Shown here: positions 1 through 10,600 of the stretch, piece after piece
How positions within the stretch are numbered: position 1 is the stretch's first letter
How the letters are laid out: each line of letters opens with the position of its first letter
Source: Candidatus Latescibacterota bacterium
Lineage (GTDB): Bacteria; Latescibacterota; UBA2968; GCA-2709665
Assembly (NCBI GenBank): GCA_965219995.1
Contig: CBDCOX010000002.1
Span: forward strand, 1,920,001 to 1,984,000
Length of the DNA stretch: 64,000 nucleotides
Reading direction: 5' to 3'
The notes under the pieces: model-generated
What the model was told of the DNA's origin: nothing
The model's database searches: none
The model's input: the letters and a program-made list of their open reading frames with translations, nothing else
Program-made: the position numbers and the translations under genes

Positions 1-436
1 CCAGTCCGAAATCCACCGCCCCCTCCAGAACCAGCCTTACGACCTCAGGAGACATCCGGTCTGTCAGGCGGATCTCGATTCCGGGGTACGCCTGGCGAAA
101 CGCCTTTACAGCGGGAGGCAGCACATAGGCGCAATTCGTATCGCTCGTGCCGATACTCAGCCGACCCGCGCGCAATTCTCCGAGGGCCGCCATATCCTGC
201 CGGATCTGCTCGGCCATCTCCAGAATCGCCTCGGCGCGCGCAAACAGAAGCCGCCCGGCCCCGGTCAACAGAATCTGCCTGCCACGGCGCTCGAACAGGG
301 CTTCGCCGAGTTCATCTTCGAGCGCTTTCACCTGAAGACTCACTGCAGGCTGGGTGAGAAACAGCTTCTCCGCCGCACGGGTAAAACTCTTCTCGCGCGC
401 CGTTTCCACAAAGCCCTTAAGCCGATCCAGATCCAT
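1..436 (-). CDS. LysR-family transcriptional regulator (3' end truncated by window edge)
   Basis: Not in the ORF track. Manual translation from ATG at 436 gives MDLDRLKGFVETAREKSFTRAAEKLFLTQPAVSLQVKALEDELGEALFERRGR, a classic LysR HTH, followed by the GRLSIG substrate-domain start. Confidence 0.93.
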   Translation of the reverse strand, partial: MDLDRLKGFVETAREKSFTRAAEKLFLTQPAVSLQVKALEDELGEALFERRGRQILLTGAGRLLFARAEAILEMAEQIRQDMAALGELRAGRLSIGTSDTNCAYVLPPAVKAFRQAYPGIEIRLTDRMSPEVVRLVLEGAVDFGL

Positions 437-509
437 TCGTCAGTACTCCGTCTCGCGATCGCGGCGCCTGGCAGTACCCTGGCGCAACTGCTTCGCGGAT
501 CGTGAAATG

Positions 510-590
510 GCCTTGTTATTCATAATAATATAATATAACAAAAATAAATTTAATAAATTTTTTTTATCGAATAGGGTACGTTATCATTTC
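510..590. promoter_or_regulatory. AT-rich divergent promoter region with LTTR box ATAA-N7-TTAT (553-567)
   Basis: Extremely AT-rich island between the divergent lysR and purA-like genes; contains a T-N11-A dyad at 554/566. Confidence 0.65.
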
Positions 591-662
591 ATCGTCCCGC
601 TCAACCCGGGGTTCTTATGGCGTTGCAGTATTCATGCACAACGTTCGATCTGGAGGTGTAAC

Positions 663-1682
663 GTGGGTGCAACGATTGTCGTAGATGCGCTCTGGGGCGA
701 TTCCGGTAAGGGAAAAGTCGCGGCCTATGTCGCACTCCAACAGAGAGCCGCCTTCTGTGTACGCGCCGGCACCGGCACGAATGCCGGCCACAGCATATAC
801 TTTGAAGACGGCTCCGAGATTCGGACACATCAATTGTGCTGCGGCTGGTTACATCCCGGTACGCAGATTCGAATTGGCAGCGGGGTGGCGGTGGACCCTG
901 AAATCCTGGTGCGTGAAATCCAACGATACAAACTTGCGGAACGTACCAGGGTGGATCTGAGATGTCCGGTGATCGCGCCTGAACATCGCGCCCGTGAGAA
1001 AGGAGACAGGCATCTCGCTGCCACTCTGGGCAGCGTCTGCAGCGGAAGCGGCGCCGCCAGAGCGGACTTTGTCCTGCGCAAGGCCAGCCAGGCCCGCGAC
1101 GTACGGAACCTTGAGAAATTCCTTACCGACGTGCCGCGGGAAATCAACACGGCCTGCAGGGACGGGCGGGCCGTCGTCATCGAATCCAGCCAGGGCACCC
1201 ACCTGTCGCTCGCGCTGACCGCGGACTACCCCTTCTGCACGTCCGACAACTGCACTGCCGTCGCCGCAGCGGACGACGCGGGCCTGAACTGGCAATACAT
1301 AAGGGACGTCATTCTCGTGGTCAAGGCCGTACCCAGCCGTGTGGGCGAGGGCCCGCTGCCGTTCGAAATGGGGATAGAAGAGCAGGACAGAAGGGGCATT
1401 GCCGAATACGGCGTCACGACCGGTCGACGTCGCAGAAAATCCCGCGGGATCTCCTGGGCGCACTTTGAAGAAGCGGTCATGTTGAACGGCCCGACTCAGA
1501 TCGCGCTCACCTTCTGCGACCATCTCGATCCACGAGTACGGGGAGCGCGTAAGCCGGAGGCCCTCACGGAACCGGTTCTGGAGCTGATTCGCGAACTGGA
1601 GACACGTGCACAGGTTCCTGTGACCATTGTGGAAACGGGAAAGTATTTCGGCGACATCGTCGACCTGACATCCAGGAGCTGA
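663..1682 (+). CDS. purA: Adenylosuccinate synthetase-like protein, short archaeal type, with divergent active-site motifs
   Basis: 339 aa with WGDSGKGK, GTNAGH, ESSQG, YPFCTS, SRVGEGP, EYGVTTGRRRR and TFCD; GTG start after GGAGG RBS. Confidence 0.85.
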   Translation: MGATIVVDALWGDSGKGKVAAYVALQQRAAFCVRAGTGTNAGHSIYFEDGSEIRTHQLCCGWLHPGTQIRIGSGVAVDPEILVREIQRYKLAERTRVDLRCPVIAPEHRAREKGDRHLAATLGSVCSGSGAARADFVLRKASQARDVRNLEKFLTDVPREINTACRDGRAVVIESSQGTHLSLALTADYPFCTSDNCTAVAAADDAGLNWQYIRDVILVVKAVPSRVGEGPLPFEMGIEEQDRRGIAEYGVTTGRRRRKSRGISWAHFEEAVMLNGPTQIALTFCDHLDPRVRGARKPEALTEPVLELIRELETRAQVPVTIVETGKYFGDIVDLTSRS

Positions 1683-1815
1683 TCACATACGTTTCAGGGT
1701 CGGATTCCCCGCAAGACGGAGCGTGTTCGCCCCGGCGACGGTTCTTTCGCTTCCCGGTCCGGCCTCCGGGCCGGACCGGCAGGATATCGTTTCCCGGTTG
1801 AAGGGACGGCGATCT

Positions 1816-2112
1816 CTAATTGTCGCTGTCCCGCCCAATACGGATGATTTCCAGCCAGGCCGACTCGTAATCTGCAAGCGCTCCCCGCCAGGCATTTCGA
1901 TTGCCCACCCCCTGCTGTAACGACAATGCCAGGCTGTCGACGATCCGCTCGGCATCGTCGACAATGTCCAGGCGCTTCGCATCCATCGCATGGAAGGCGA
2001 CGCCGTTGAGTTCGGTCTGTATGCGTTCAACTACCCGGCGAAAATCGTCACTCAGACATGCCAGCGTATTCCCGCCATTGAATCCGTTTTCCTGCACACC
2101 GTGGTTGGACAT
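1816..2112 (-). CDS. Hypothetical small helical protein
   Basis: 98 aa, GGAGG RBS upstream of ATG, natural amino-acid composition, no recognised motif. Confidence 0.55.
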   Translation of the reverse strand: MSNHGVQENGFNGGNTLACLSDDFRRVVERIQTELNGVAFHAMDAKRLDIVDDAERIVDSLALSLQQGVGNRNAWRGALADYESAWLEIIRIGRDSDN

Positions 2113-2536
2113 CGTGTGCCTCCCGGCCTGCGCCGTTCAATTGCCATTTCCTTTCGACACCATTGCAACCTATTTATACTGAACAAATGAGCAGTTGTCA
2201 AGTCGAATAGAAGTGTTATATATGAATAACGACGATTCTAACGCCATATCGTGAGGGGTTCTTCGTCGATTTGAGCCCCCATTTACCAATCGATACCGGA
2301 AAACAGCCGTGCGCTTGTGAATTGTCTTTGCCCATGCTTAACCTTGATTCGTCATTTTTCGAGGACGTTAATTCGAATAAACGCAAGTTGATAAAGGCGA
2401 TTAAACATCTGATTGCCAGGATGCTTCAGGCCACTGGACGTGAACGGAAAAAATGTGCTTCCGGACGACCTTTTCGGTCCGGTGAGGAATGAACTGCAGG
2501 GTCACCGCGTTATGACACACGCCGCTTTGCACGGAT

Positions 2537-2567
2537 GCTTTTTGTGCCTTTTGTGCTTTTTGTGGCC
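2537..2567. repeat. Short 9-nt periodic repeat (TTTGTGCCT/TTTGTGCTT/TTTGTGGCC), REP-like
   Basis: Three tandem 9-mers; the minus strand reads GCCACAAAAAGCACAAAAGGCACAAAA. Confidence 0.55.
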
Positions 2568-2784
2568 AATTTTTCGGTGTTCTTTTTTCACATTGAGGTT
2601 AAGTTCTCACATATATTGAGTGGCCGCCGGTACTTCCGGCAGGGGTGAAAACCACTCTGATCGGAGACGGGTACGGCGCCCGTGGGTCGAAGTGGCAGGC
2701 CGCTCGCCGCCGGCACGGCCGTTGTCCAAAAAAAGCTGGTTCCTCAATCGGTATCGAAACGTTTTTTTTTCAAGGAGATATACT

Positions 2785-4305
2785 ATGTTCAGAGGGAGTC
2801 CCCGTACAAGCTGCCTCCCGCTCGTCGCGGGTCTCGTCCTGGGCTGCGGCGCCGAACGTCTCACAACGCCGCAGAATGCTCAGACGAATGGAAACGTCCG
2901 GCGGCCGCTGGCCAAACTGGCGGCGAACCGTCAGGCACCGCTGGCCGTGGTCGTCGCCCGCCTTCGACAGGCCGGCACCCCTGTAAGCGGTGCCACCGTG
3001 GCGTTCGCCCGCTCGATTTCAGGAAGGGGCGCCAGCTACGAGTGGACCGGCACGACCGATGGACGCGGGCAGGCGCGAGTGGCGGTCGGAGAAACGCAGA
3101 CGGGCGGATACTATCGCGCGCAGGCACGCAGGAACGGAATCCCAATAGGGTCGTGGTCCAGTATCCCGATAAACCGCGGCGTCCAGCTCACCGTTGAACT
3201 ACCCGTCGGCGAAAAGGCACACGTCACGGGCTCAATCCGACTGACACCGGGCGGTCTCCCCGCAGAAATCCCGATTGGCGTTGTTGCGCCCCTGACGGTC
3301 CGTCAGACCCAATACGGTGCGGGCATTGACAGCGGCCTGAAACTCGCACTCGAAGAGATCAACGGCACAGCGAAGCTCGGGGGCGCAAATATCGTTTTCA
3401 AGAGAGAGGACTCCCGCGGCATGGCGCAGGGCGCCGTTGGCGCGTTCAACAAACTGATCTTTCACGATTACGTCTCCGTCATCCTCGGTCCCGCCCTCTC
3501 CACCGAAGCCAAAGCCGCATTTCCTGTCGCGCAGCAGAACCAGGTTGTCGCCTTCAGTACAACCTCGGCCGCGTCGGGCCTGAGCGCGATTGGCGACTAT
3601 ATCTTCCGTGCGAGTCTCAGTGTAGACGTGCTCATCCCTGGCGGGGTCGCCACGACAAGCGAGAAACTGGGATACCGCAGGGTCGCCCTTATGGTGGACT
3701 CCACCGACGTCTATTCCCGCAGCAGCGACGACGCGCTGCGCAGCGCCCTCACCGAAAACAACGTGGAGATCCTGACGAGCGAGACGTTTGCGACTGACGA
3801 TACTTCCTTTGTCGATCAACTTAGCCGTATCAGCGCCCTGAATCCCGATGCCGTTTTTGTTTCCGCCCTGTCCCGGCAACGCGTTCGGATTCAGGTCCAT
3901 GGCCGACGCCAGGGCATTCCTGCCAACATTCCCTTTATCGTGCCGGGGTTGACTCAGGAGGAAGTTCGGGATGCCGGCGATGCCGCGGAGGGTGCGATCG
4001 CCTTTACCGGCTGGACGGCCACGTCAACCACACCCGGGAATCACTCCTTCGTCGAGAATTACAGGTCGAGATTCGGCGCTGAACCGAATCGGTGGGCTGC
4101 GCAGTCATACGCCGCGCTATATGTTCTTTCAGAAGCAATTGCAATGGCCGGGTCCACGGATCCCGGCGCCATACGCGAAGCGATGGCCGGCATTACGGAC
4201 CTGGACACCGTTCTGGGTCAATTCTCGTTCGACCGCAACGGAGACGCGGTCTACGATCCCGTCGTGCTGGTCGTGAGAAACGGCGAGTTCGAGGATTTCG
4301 AGTGA
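2785..4305 (+). CDS. Lipoprotein: conserved N-terminal beta-domain plus LivJ/LivK-type (PBP1) substrate-binding domain
   Basis: Start revised to ATG 2785 (AAGGAG RBS); lipobox LVLGC; IPIGVVAPLT, EDS, ILGP, AAQSYAA, LGQFSFDRNGD. Confidence 0.88.
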   Translation: MFRGSPRTSCLPLVAGLVLGCGAERLTTPQNAQTNGNVRRPLAKLAANRQAPLAVVVARLRQAGTPVSGATVAFARSISGRGASYEWTGTTDGRGQARVAVGETQTGGYYRAQARRNGIPIGSWSSIPINRGVQLTVELPVGEKAHVTGSIRLTPGGLPAEIPIGVVAPLTVRQTQYGAGIDSGLKLALEEINGTAKLGGANIVFKREDSRGMAQGAVGAFNKLIFHDYVSVILGPALSTEAKAAFPVAQQNQVVAFSTTSAASGLSAIGDYIFRASLSVDVLIPGGVATTSEKLGYRRVALMVDSTDVYSRSSDDALRSALTENNVEILTSETFATDDTSFVDQLSRISALNPDAVFVSALSRQRVRIQVHGRRQGIPANIPFIVPGLTQEEVRDAGDAAEGAIAFTGWTATSTTPGNHSFVENYRSRFGAEPNRWAAQSYAALYVLSEAIAMAGSTDPGAIREAMAGITDLDTVLGQFSFDRNGDAVYDPVVLVVRNGEFEDFE

Positions 4306-4334
4306 GGTGAACGAACCACAGGAGGAGGAGAACG

Positions 4335-5174
4335 ATGCGTGAGATGCCGGTTGGCGTCATGATGAGCGCAGGTTGGACACTGGACCAACTCCGGCAGGTG
4401 CGGAATCTGGGCTTCGACAACGTACAGATTCACGCCCCGGCCGAGTACGTCCTGGCAGACAACCGCCGAAGTTCCGGTCTGATCCGGGACATTCATTCCG
4501 AAGACGTTGAAATTACTACGGTTTTCGCGGGGTTTTCGGGGGAGGACTACGGCGACGTTCAAACCGTCAAGGAAACTGTCGGGTACCTCAATCCATCTCT
4601 GCGTGAGGAACGCATCGAAATTACCGGGCGGATTTCCGATTTCGCAAATGCGCTCGGCGTTGACAAGGTAGCCGCGCACATCGGCTTCGTTCCGGAAGAT
4701 CCGGATCACCCGGACCACCATGCGATGATTGAATGTGTCAGAAGGCTGGCCGACCATTGCGGCCGGAACGGACAGGACTTCTGTCTGGAAACCGGTCAGG
4801 AAACCGCTGCCGCTCTACGCCACTTTCTCGAAACGCTGAGTCGCGATAATGTCGGCGTAAACTTCGACCCGGCCAATATGATCCTTTACGGAAGTGGAGA
4901 ACCCATCCAGGCCCTCGACGTCGTGGCCGACTACGTCGTCAGCGTCCACGCGAAAGACGGGAAATGGCCTCAGGGCGAAGGGCAGCTCGGTCGAGAGTTT
5001 CCCCTCGGTCAGGGGGACGTCGGAATGGATCGTTTCATTGCCAAACTGCAACAGATCGGATACCGCGGTCCCGTCACCATGGAACGTGAAATCCCGGATT
5101 GGGACCAGAAGGTCAGGGACCTGGTCCAGGGCAAACATCTCCTGGAGAGCCTGATTCAGCCGACAATCGCCTGA
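4335..5174 (+). CDS. Sugar phosphate isomerase/epimerase (AP endonuclease 2 TIM barrel)
   Basis: LETGQE, NFDPAN, VHAKDG and TMERE metal ligands; strong GGAGGAGG RBS. Confidence 0.88.
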   Translation: MREMPVGVMMSAGWTLDQLRQVRNLGFDNVQIHAPAEYVLADNRRSSGLIRDIHSEDVEITTVFAGFSGEDYGDVQTVKETVGYLNPSLREERIEITGRISDFANALGVDKVAAHIGFVPEDPDHPDHHAMIECVRRLADHCGRNGQDFCLETGQETAAALRHFLETLSRDNVGVNFDPANMILYGSGEPIQALDVVADYVVSVHAKDGKWPQGEGQLGREFPLGQGDVGMDRFIAKLQQIGYRGPVTMEREIPDWDQKVRDLVQGKHLLESLIQPTIA

Positions 5175-5442
5175 CCCCGCGCGCAAGAACGCCCTCTCTC
5201 CGCAGAGTCACCTTTTGGCGGGAGGGAAGGTCCAAAAGGAAAACGACGGTAGAAAGGGCGTCTCTGTGATATTATACGTCTACGCCACGTCAAAGTTTCA
5301 ATCGGAAAGGCGCCGGGCGCTGGGGTAAGACTGCCGGATGCAGGACGGGCACACGAACCGGATCGGGCCAATCCATCCAGCATCGGAAAATCACGATCGG
5401 TACGTCTGGGTGCCGTGCAGAGGTTCGTTCGCCCGCGTCACC

Positions 5443-6336
5443 TCAGAAATACTTACCTACACCGATTGAAACGGAAAATCCACTCAGGTCTCCGGGGTTG
5501 CCCAGCGCATCGGAAAAGCGAGCCAGTGTGTAGCGTCCGTCGGTTGTTACGGCCAGATTCCCGTGCTCTTCGAACCGAACGCTGCAGCCGGAGAGAACAT
5601 ACCCACCGAGGGTGAGTGAGATATCAGGAAATCCGCCTATCGGTCCCCCGCCTTGCGCCATCCCCACATTGATGCCTCTAAAGCCACCCGCCGACCCGGT
5701 CCCGAAGCCCAATTCGCCCGTGGCGTAGCCCCCGTAACCGGTGCGATGGTCGTATCGAAGATAGGGTCCTGCGCCGAATCCGACGTGGGGCACGATTCGC
5801 CTCTTCACCCCGAATTGCCGAAGCAAGCCAACAGGCATCGATATGAGGGTTACGCGCTGCACCCCGGGGCGCAGATGTTCGCCGAGCTTCCGGGAAGCCT
5901 GAAGCGGTCCGTACGTCATATATTCGTTTGCCGCAATCAGCCGCAGTACCGGTGAGAGCCGCCGGTCGTACCCCATCCGGAATCCGAAGCCGCCGGTGGC
6001 GCTGGAGAAATACAGGCTCAATCCGTTCATATCTCGCAGACTGTTCCGAGGCAGGAGAAGTTCTCCCTCATTCGCATTTTCCGTCCAACGGACGGGTCGA
6101 ACCAGGTCTGCCGGAACGCCCGACCTTCCGAACCCTGTCGTCACCGGCGGCATGAAATCCGGACCTCTCCACGGCATCTCGGCATCGGTCGGGACGCTGT
6201 GCCCGCCCGGCAGGACACAGGCCCCCATGCCGACCCCGGGCAGCGTCCGTTCCGGTTCCGGCTCCTCCGCCGCGAGGGAGGTCGCGGTCACCGTTGCCCC
6301 CAGACAGGCGAGAATCGTCAGTGTAAGTCTCATCAT
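5443..6336 (-). CDS. Secreted protein, probable small outer-membrane beta-barrel
   Basis: Signal peptide (..SLAAE), alternating amphipathic strands, C-terminal beta-signal SIGVGKYF. Confidence 0.6.
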   Translation of the reverse strand: MMRLTLTILACLGATVTATSLAAEEPEPERTLPGVGMGACVLPGGHSVPTDAEMPWRGPDFMPPVTTGFGRSGVPADLVRPVRWTENANEGELLLPRNSLRDMNGLSLYFSSATGGFGFRMGYDRRLSPVLRLIAANEYMTYGPLQASRKLGEHLRPGVQRVTLISMPVGLLRQFGVKRRIVPHVGFGAGPYLRYDHRTGYGGYATGELGFGTGSAGGFRGINVGMAQGGGPIGGFPDISLTLGGYVLSGCSVRFEEHGNLAVTTDGRYTLARFSDALGNPGDLSGFSVSIGVGKYF

Positions 6337-6404
6337 GCACCTCCGAGGAAATGACCGGCGCGAACAGGGCCGGACGTTGAACGGGACATCCTCGCCGAAC
6401 AGGC

Positions 6405-7571
6405 CTACGGCGTAATCACCAGGATCCGATCGTCGCCGGTGCGCGGCTGTCCGCGGCCGTCCCGGTTGCTGGTGGCCAGGTACACCTCGCCCTCGGGACC
6501 CACAAGTACATCCCTGAGGCGGCCGAACCTGCCGTTGAACCGTTCATCCCTCGCCATTGCGCGCCGGCCGTCGGCAGACAGAGAGATGATCCAGAGCGCC
6601 TGCCCCTTCAACGTGGTAAAGAGAAGGCTCCCCTTCCAGGCCGGTATCAGGTCCTCATAATAGACGTCCGCGCCGGCGGGTGCGATCGTCGGCGTCCATG
6701 CGGCGAGCGGTTCCACCACGTCGTTGGACGTGCAGAACGCGGTCTCGCCCGACAGGACGTCATTATCGCAAAATCCGCGAGCCCCCGGCCAGCCGTAGTT
6801 CCGTCCGGGCAGAATCAGGTTGACTTCGTCGTTGTCGAGGGGTCCGTGTTCCGTGCTGTAAAGCAGGCCGGTCGCAGGGTGAAACACAAGTCCCTGAGCA
6901 TTCCGGTGTCCGAAGGAATAGACCGCTGTACCGAACGGATTGTCCTGCGCAGGCCGACCTTCGAGGTCCAGCCGCAGGACCTTTCCCGCCAGTGAATTCA
7001 GATCCTGCGAAAGCGCGGGCAATTGCGCGTCGCCGGTCGTAAGGTATAGCAGATTGTCCGGGCCCACGGCGAGCCGGGATCCATCGTGGTTCGGCGCGCC
7101 GGGGATGCCATTCAGCAGGATTTCGGGTTGCCCCAGTGCCGATCCGTCAAAACTCATCCGCACCAGACGGTTCTCAATGCCGTCGCCCGTCCGGTAGGAA
7201 TAAACCGCATATAAATAGGGCTGGTTCTGAAAGTCCGGGTGAAACGCGATCCCCATCAACCCGCTTTCGCTCAGTTCGAAGGCGTCGATTCGACCCGCCT
7301 CCGTTACTGCGCCCGTCTCCGTATCCACGCGGGATATCGTGCCGCTGCGCTCGCTTACCCAGATATACCCATCAGGTCCCCAGGCCAGATCCCACGGCGT
7401 ATCCAGGCCGGTTGCCAGCGTCTGCACCGTAAAGCCGTCCACCCGGTTGTCGGCTGCCGACCCGACCCCGTTATCGGTCGGGGGATCCTCCGGTTGGGAG
7501 TCGTTCGCACCTCTTCCACAACCGGCAGCCGCAAATATCACGAGCAATGCCGCCGTGACGCGGTGTACCAC
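6405..7571 (-). CDS. PQQ-dependent soluble aldose sugar dehydrogenase (YliI/GSDH family), lipoprotein
   Basis: PWDLAWGPDG, GLMGIAFHPDF, HDGSRL, GHRNAQG, EHGP, NYGWP, GRLRDV; lipobox AAGC. Confidence 0.9.
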   Translation of the reverse strand: MVHRVTAALLVIFAAAGCGRGANDSQPEDPPTDNGVGSAADNRVDGFTVQTLATGLDTPWDLAWGPDGYIWVSERSGTISRVDTETGAVTEAGRIDAFELSESGLMGIAFHPDFQNQPYLYAVYSYRTGDGIENRLVRMSFDGSALGQPEILLNGIPGAPNHDGSRLAVGPDNLLYLTTGDAQLPALSQDLNSLAGKVLRLDLEGRPAQDNPFGTAVYSFGHRNAQGLVFHPATGLLYSTEHGPLDNDEVNLILPGRNYGWPGARGFCDNDVLSGETAFCTSNDVVEPLAAWTPTIAPAGADVYYEDLIPAWKGSLLFTTLKGQALWIISLSADGRRAMARDERFNGRFGRLRDVLVGPEGEVYLATSNRDGRGQPRTGDDRILVITP

Positions 7572-7650
7572 CGTTGCCGGCCTCCGTTCGTGAACAGCGC
7601 AAAACGACTCATGGCCGGATGCTTGTTGATTCCGCCACTCATTTACCGGC

Positions 7651-10600
7651 CTAGAACAACCCGGTGAAATCTATCGAGAAATACTGCTTGGGATGGACTG
7701 TTTCCGCGAAATCAGTCGGCCACGCCAGGTCGTAGCGGAACAAAAAGGCGCCGAGATTGGCTCGAACACCGAATCCGTAGCCCGCTTTCAGATCCCTGAG
7801 TTCAAAACCACCGTCCCGCGCTTCCCATGGCTCGAAGCTGTCTCGATCGAACGCACTCCCTACATCCAGGAACAATTCGCCCTGGACATTCTGGAAGAAA
7901 AGCGGCAACGGCCAGCCCATTGCCAACTGCCGGATCAGCGGAAAGCGAAAGGCGACATTGGCCAGCACGAACGAGTCTCCGGCCATCTCGAATACGTCGG
8001 CGCCGCGCAGCGGCCAGACGAAGCTGGAGAAAAACACACGTTCCCGGTCAACGGACGCGAATGTGGCGTAGTTCGGATTGATGGAATTGTTCACGCCACC
8101 GAGGAAAAAGACCTGACTGTTCCGGCCGAAACTGGTCCCTCCGGACATGCGGACCGCAAATGTGTATTCCTCCAGCATCGGGACGTATTTGCGGTAGTCG
8201 GCCTGCACCGTGCCGTACTGCATCCCCGCCCAACTGCCTCTGAGAGACAACCTCGCCCGCCGTCCCTTAACCGGGCCGAACTGAGAATACAACGCGTTGT
8301 CTTCGACGATGTCCAGGCTGTTAATTACGGCCCAGTTGTCGGAAACAGGCGTTCCGCTCCCGCGGATGACCCTGCCCGTATAGCCGGCCCGAAGGTATTG
8401 ACTTTGATAAGCGCCGAGGTTCTCGCGTGAAATATTGATCCCCTGCATACTCGTCTCAATTCGCGTAAACCGGTTGAACGGACGCTGGAATACAGCCCCG
8501 CCGCCGTAGATCCTGTCGGCTACGATCTGACCGTTCGAAATGAAGAAGTTCCGAGTATGCAGCGCATTCAGGTAGTAATTGGTCTGGTGCTTGAGGTTCT
8601 GGTATCCGAGGAAGAGATCGCTGTCTTTGAGGGAGAAGCTCAGCCCTGTTCTGATCAGGATACGGTGGTCGCCCATCACGTCGGTCAGTGACAGGTGGAG
8701 CAGGCTGCTGACACCGTAGAAGGTGTCGAAGCCCGCGTTGGCTCCCAATGACTCGGGTTTGAGTTTCACGCGGTATTTGTTGATCGTGAACGCCTTGTTC
8801 CAGTCTCGCAGCGTCAGTTCCCTGTCGCCGTCGGTCTCCAGGCTGTCGCCGTCGGCAGCCGCTCCGTCGTCGTCTCCGCGCGCTTCGGCGGCCGCCAGCG
8901 CCATCTGGTCCGACATCCACGTCTCCACCTTCCTGTCCGCCGCCGCTGTCGCCACCGCCGTGTCTGCCGCTGCGGCCGCCACCGAACTGTCGGGTTCCGC
9001 GCCGCCGTGTGCGGCTTCCTGCCTGCGTTCCTTCTGCAACTCCACGAACGGGCGGTCTTCGATGCCCGCCAGCCGCTTCGCATACCGCGTCAGCGGCAGG
9101 TCCTCCATCCCGCGCTTCTTCTGCAGCGGGTCCTTCATCACGAAGATGTCATAGCCCCCGCGGTGAAACGTCGTGAACGCCAGCTTCTTGCCGTCCGCGC
9201 TCCAGTCGATGTACCGCGCTCCCGACAGCAGATTGCTGATCGGATACATCTGCGACCCGTCCACGTGCGCAATGTAGATGTTGCCCACCCCCGTCCTGTC
9301 CGACACGAACGCCAGCGTCTGGGAGTCCGGTCCCCACGTGGGATGACTGTCGTTCACCTCGCTCTCCACCACCTGCCGGATCTCGCTGCCGTCGGCACGC
9401 AGCACGAACACGTTATACGTGCCGAACACAAAGTCCTTCGACCCGTCGTATTCCAGATCCGCGCCGGGACGGTCCGAACTGATCGCGATCCACTCCCCGT
9501 CCGGCGACCAGTCCAGGTGCTTCTCGTCATACGGGTCCCGCGTCATCCGACGCAGACCCTCGTCCTCCACGTTTACGATATACACGTCCGACCACCCGTC
9601 CTTCAACCCCACGATCGCGATCTGCTTCCCGTCCGGCGACCACGTCGGCTCGAACAACCCGTCCAGATCGAACTCGAATCGCTTCGTCACCCGCTTCTTC
9701 CGCACGTCCAGCGTATACAACGTGTTCTTGTTGCGCGACTTCGCCGCAAACGCGATCTGCTTCCCGTCCGGCGACCACGTGATCCCGGGACGCAGCACGA
9801 ACAACCCCTCGAAATCCGACGATCGCTCCCCCTCCACCAACCGGCCCAGATCCTGGCCGTCGATCGCCGACATCAGATAGATGTCGAACGTACCCTCACG
9901 CTCCGTCACATACGCGATCTTGTCCCCCTGCGGCGAAAACGACGGCGCGATATTGTAAAAACCGCGACCCGCGCCCGCCTCCGTCAACTGCTTCGCCACC
10001 TCCTCCGACGGATGGTGCAGGTTGATCTCGTTCCAATACTGACGCTTCAACCACAACTGCCACTTCTCGTCCAGCTCCTCCACACCCTCACCCACCGACG
10101 CCTTCAGCGCCTTGTCCACCGATCGCGCGGAACGGAACGACGATATGAACTCCGCCACCTTGTCCTTGCCATACTCCTCCTCGATCATCACGAAGACCGA
10201 CTGACCCCCCTTATACGCAAACGCACCGCTCAGCGACATCATCCCCGGCACATACCCCGTGATCGTCGCATGACGCATGAAATTGTCCGCCTCGCCGTCC
10301 CATCCACCCTGTGACAAATACTCCGCCACTCCCTCCGCAATCCACAACGGCGGCAACGACGCCGTCTGCGTCATCATCGCACCCAGCCATCCGCCGCCCG
10401 TCCACATCTCCAGCGTCACCACGTGCACCAGCTCATGGTGGATCACGTGACGGAAATCGCTATACGACCCCGTATACGGGATCACCACACGACCCTGCGC
10501 AAACTCCGTAAAACCCCCCGTGAACTCCGACTGCTCCGTCGGCGTGATGTTCGTCACCGAAAACCCGTTGTGAGAATTGTAGATCACGATCGGATATCGA

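Noticed and set aside
663-1682. Calling the gene PurZ (diaminopurine/Z-DNA pathway)
   Set aside because: The catalytic Asp (GD) is retained rather than Ser, and there is no phage context, datZ or mazZ.
2620-2784. Long N-terminal ORF extensions here and at 10956, 17928, 21414, 26749, 45264 and 62722
   Set aside because: Better downstream starts match RBSs, signal peptides or domain boundaries.
2772-2787. AAGGAGATATACTATG resembles the T7/pET RBS (possible vector contamination)
   Set aside because: Only a short match with no other vector sequence; an ordinary strong RBS.
5189-5261. Long imperfect hairpin as a possible ncRNA
   Set aside because: It lies between convergent genes and is adequately explained as a terminator-like structure; no family motif.
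9007-10314. 435-aa plus-strand ORF rich in H/R/V/L
   Set aside because: Antisense shadow of the Omp85 gene caused by codon bias.
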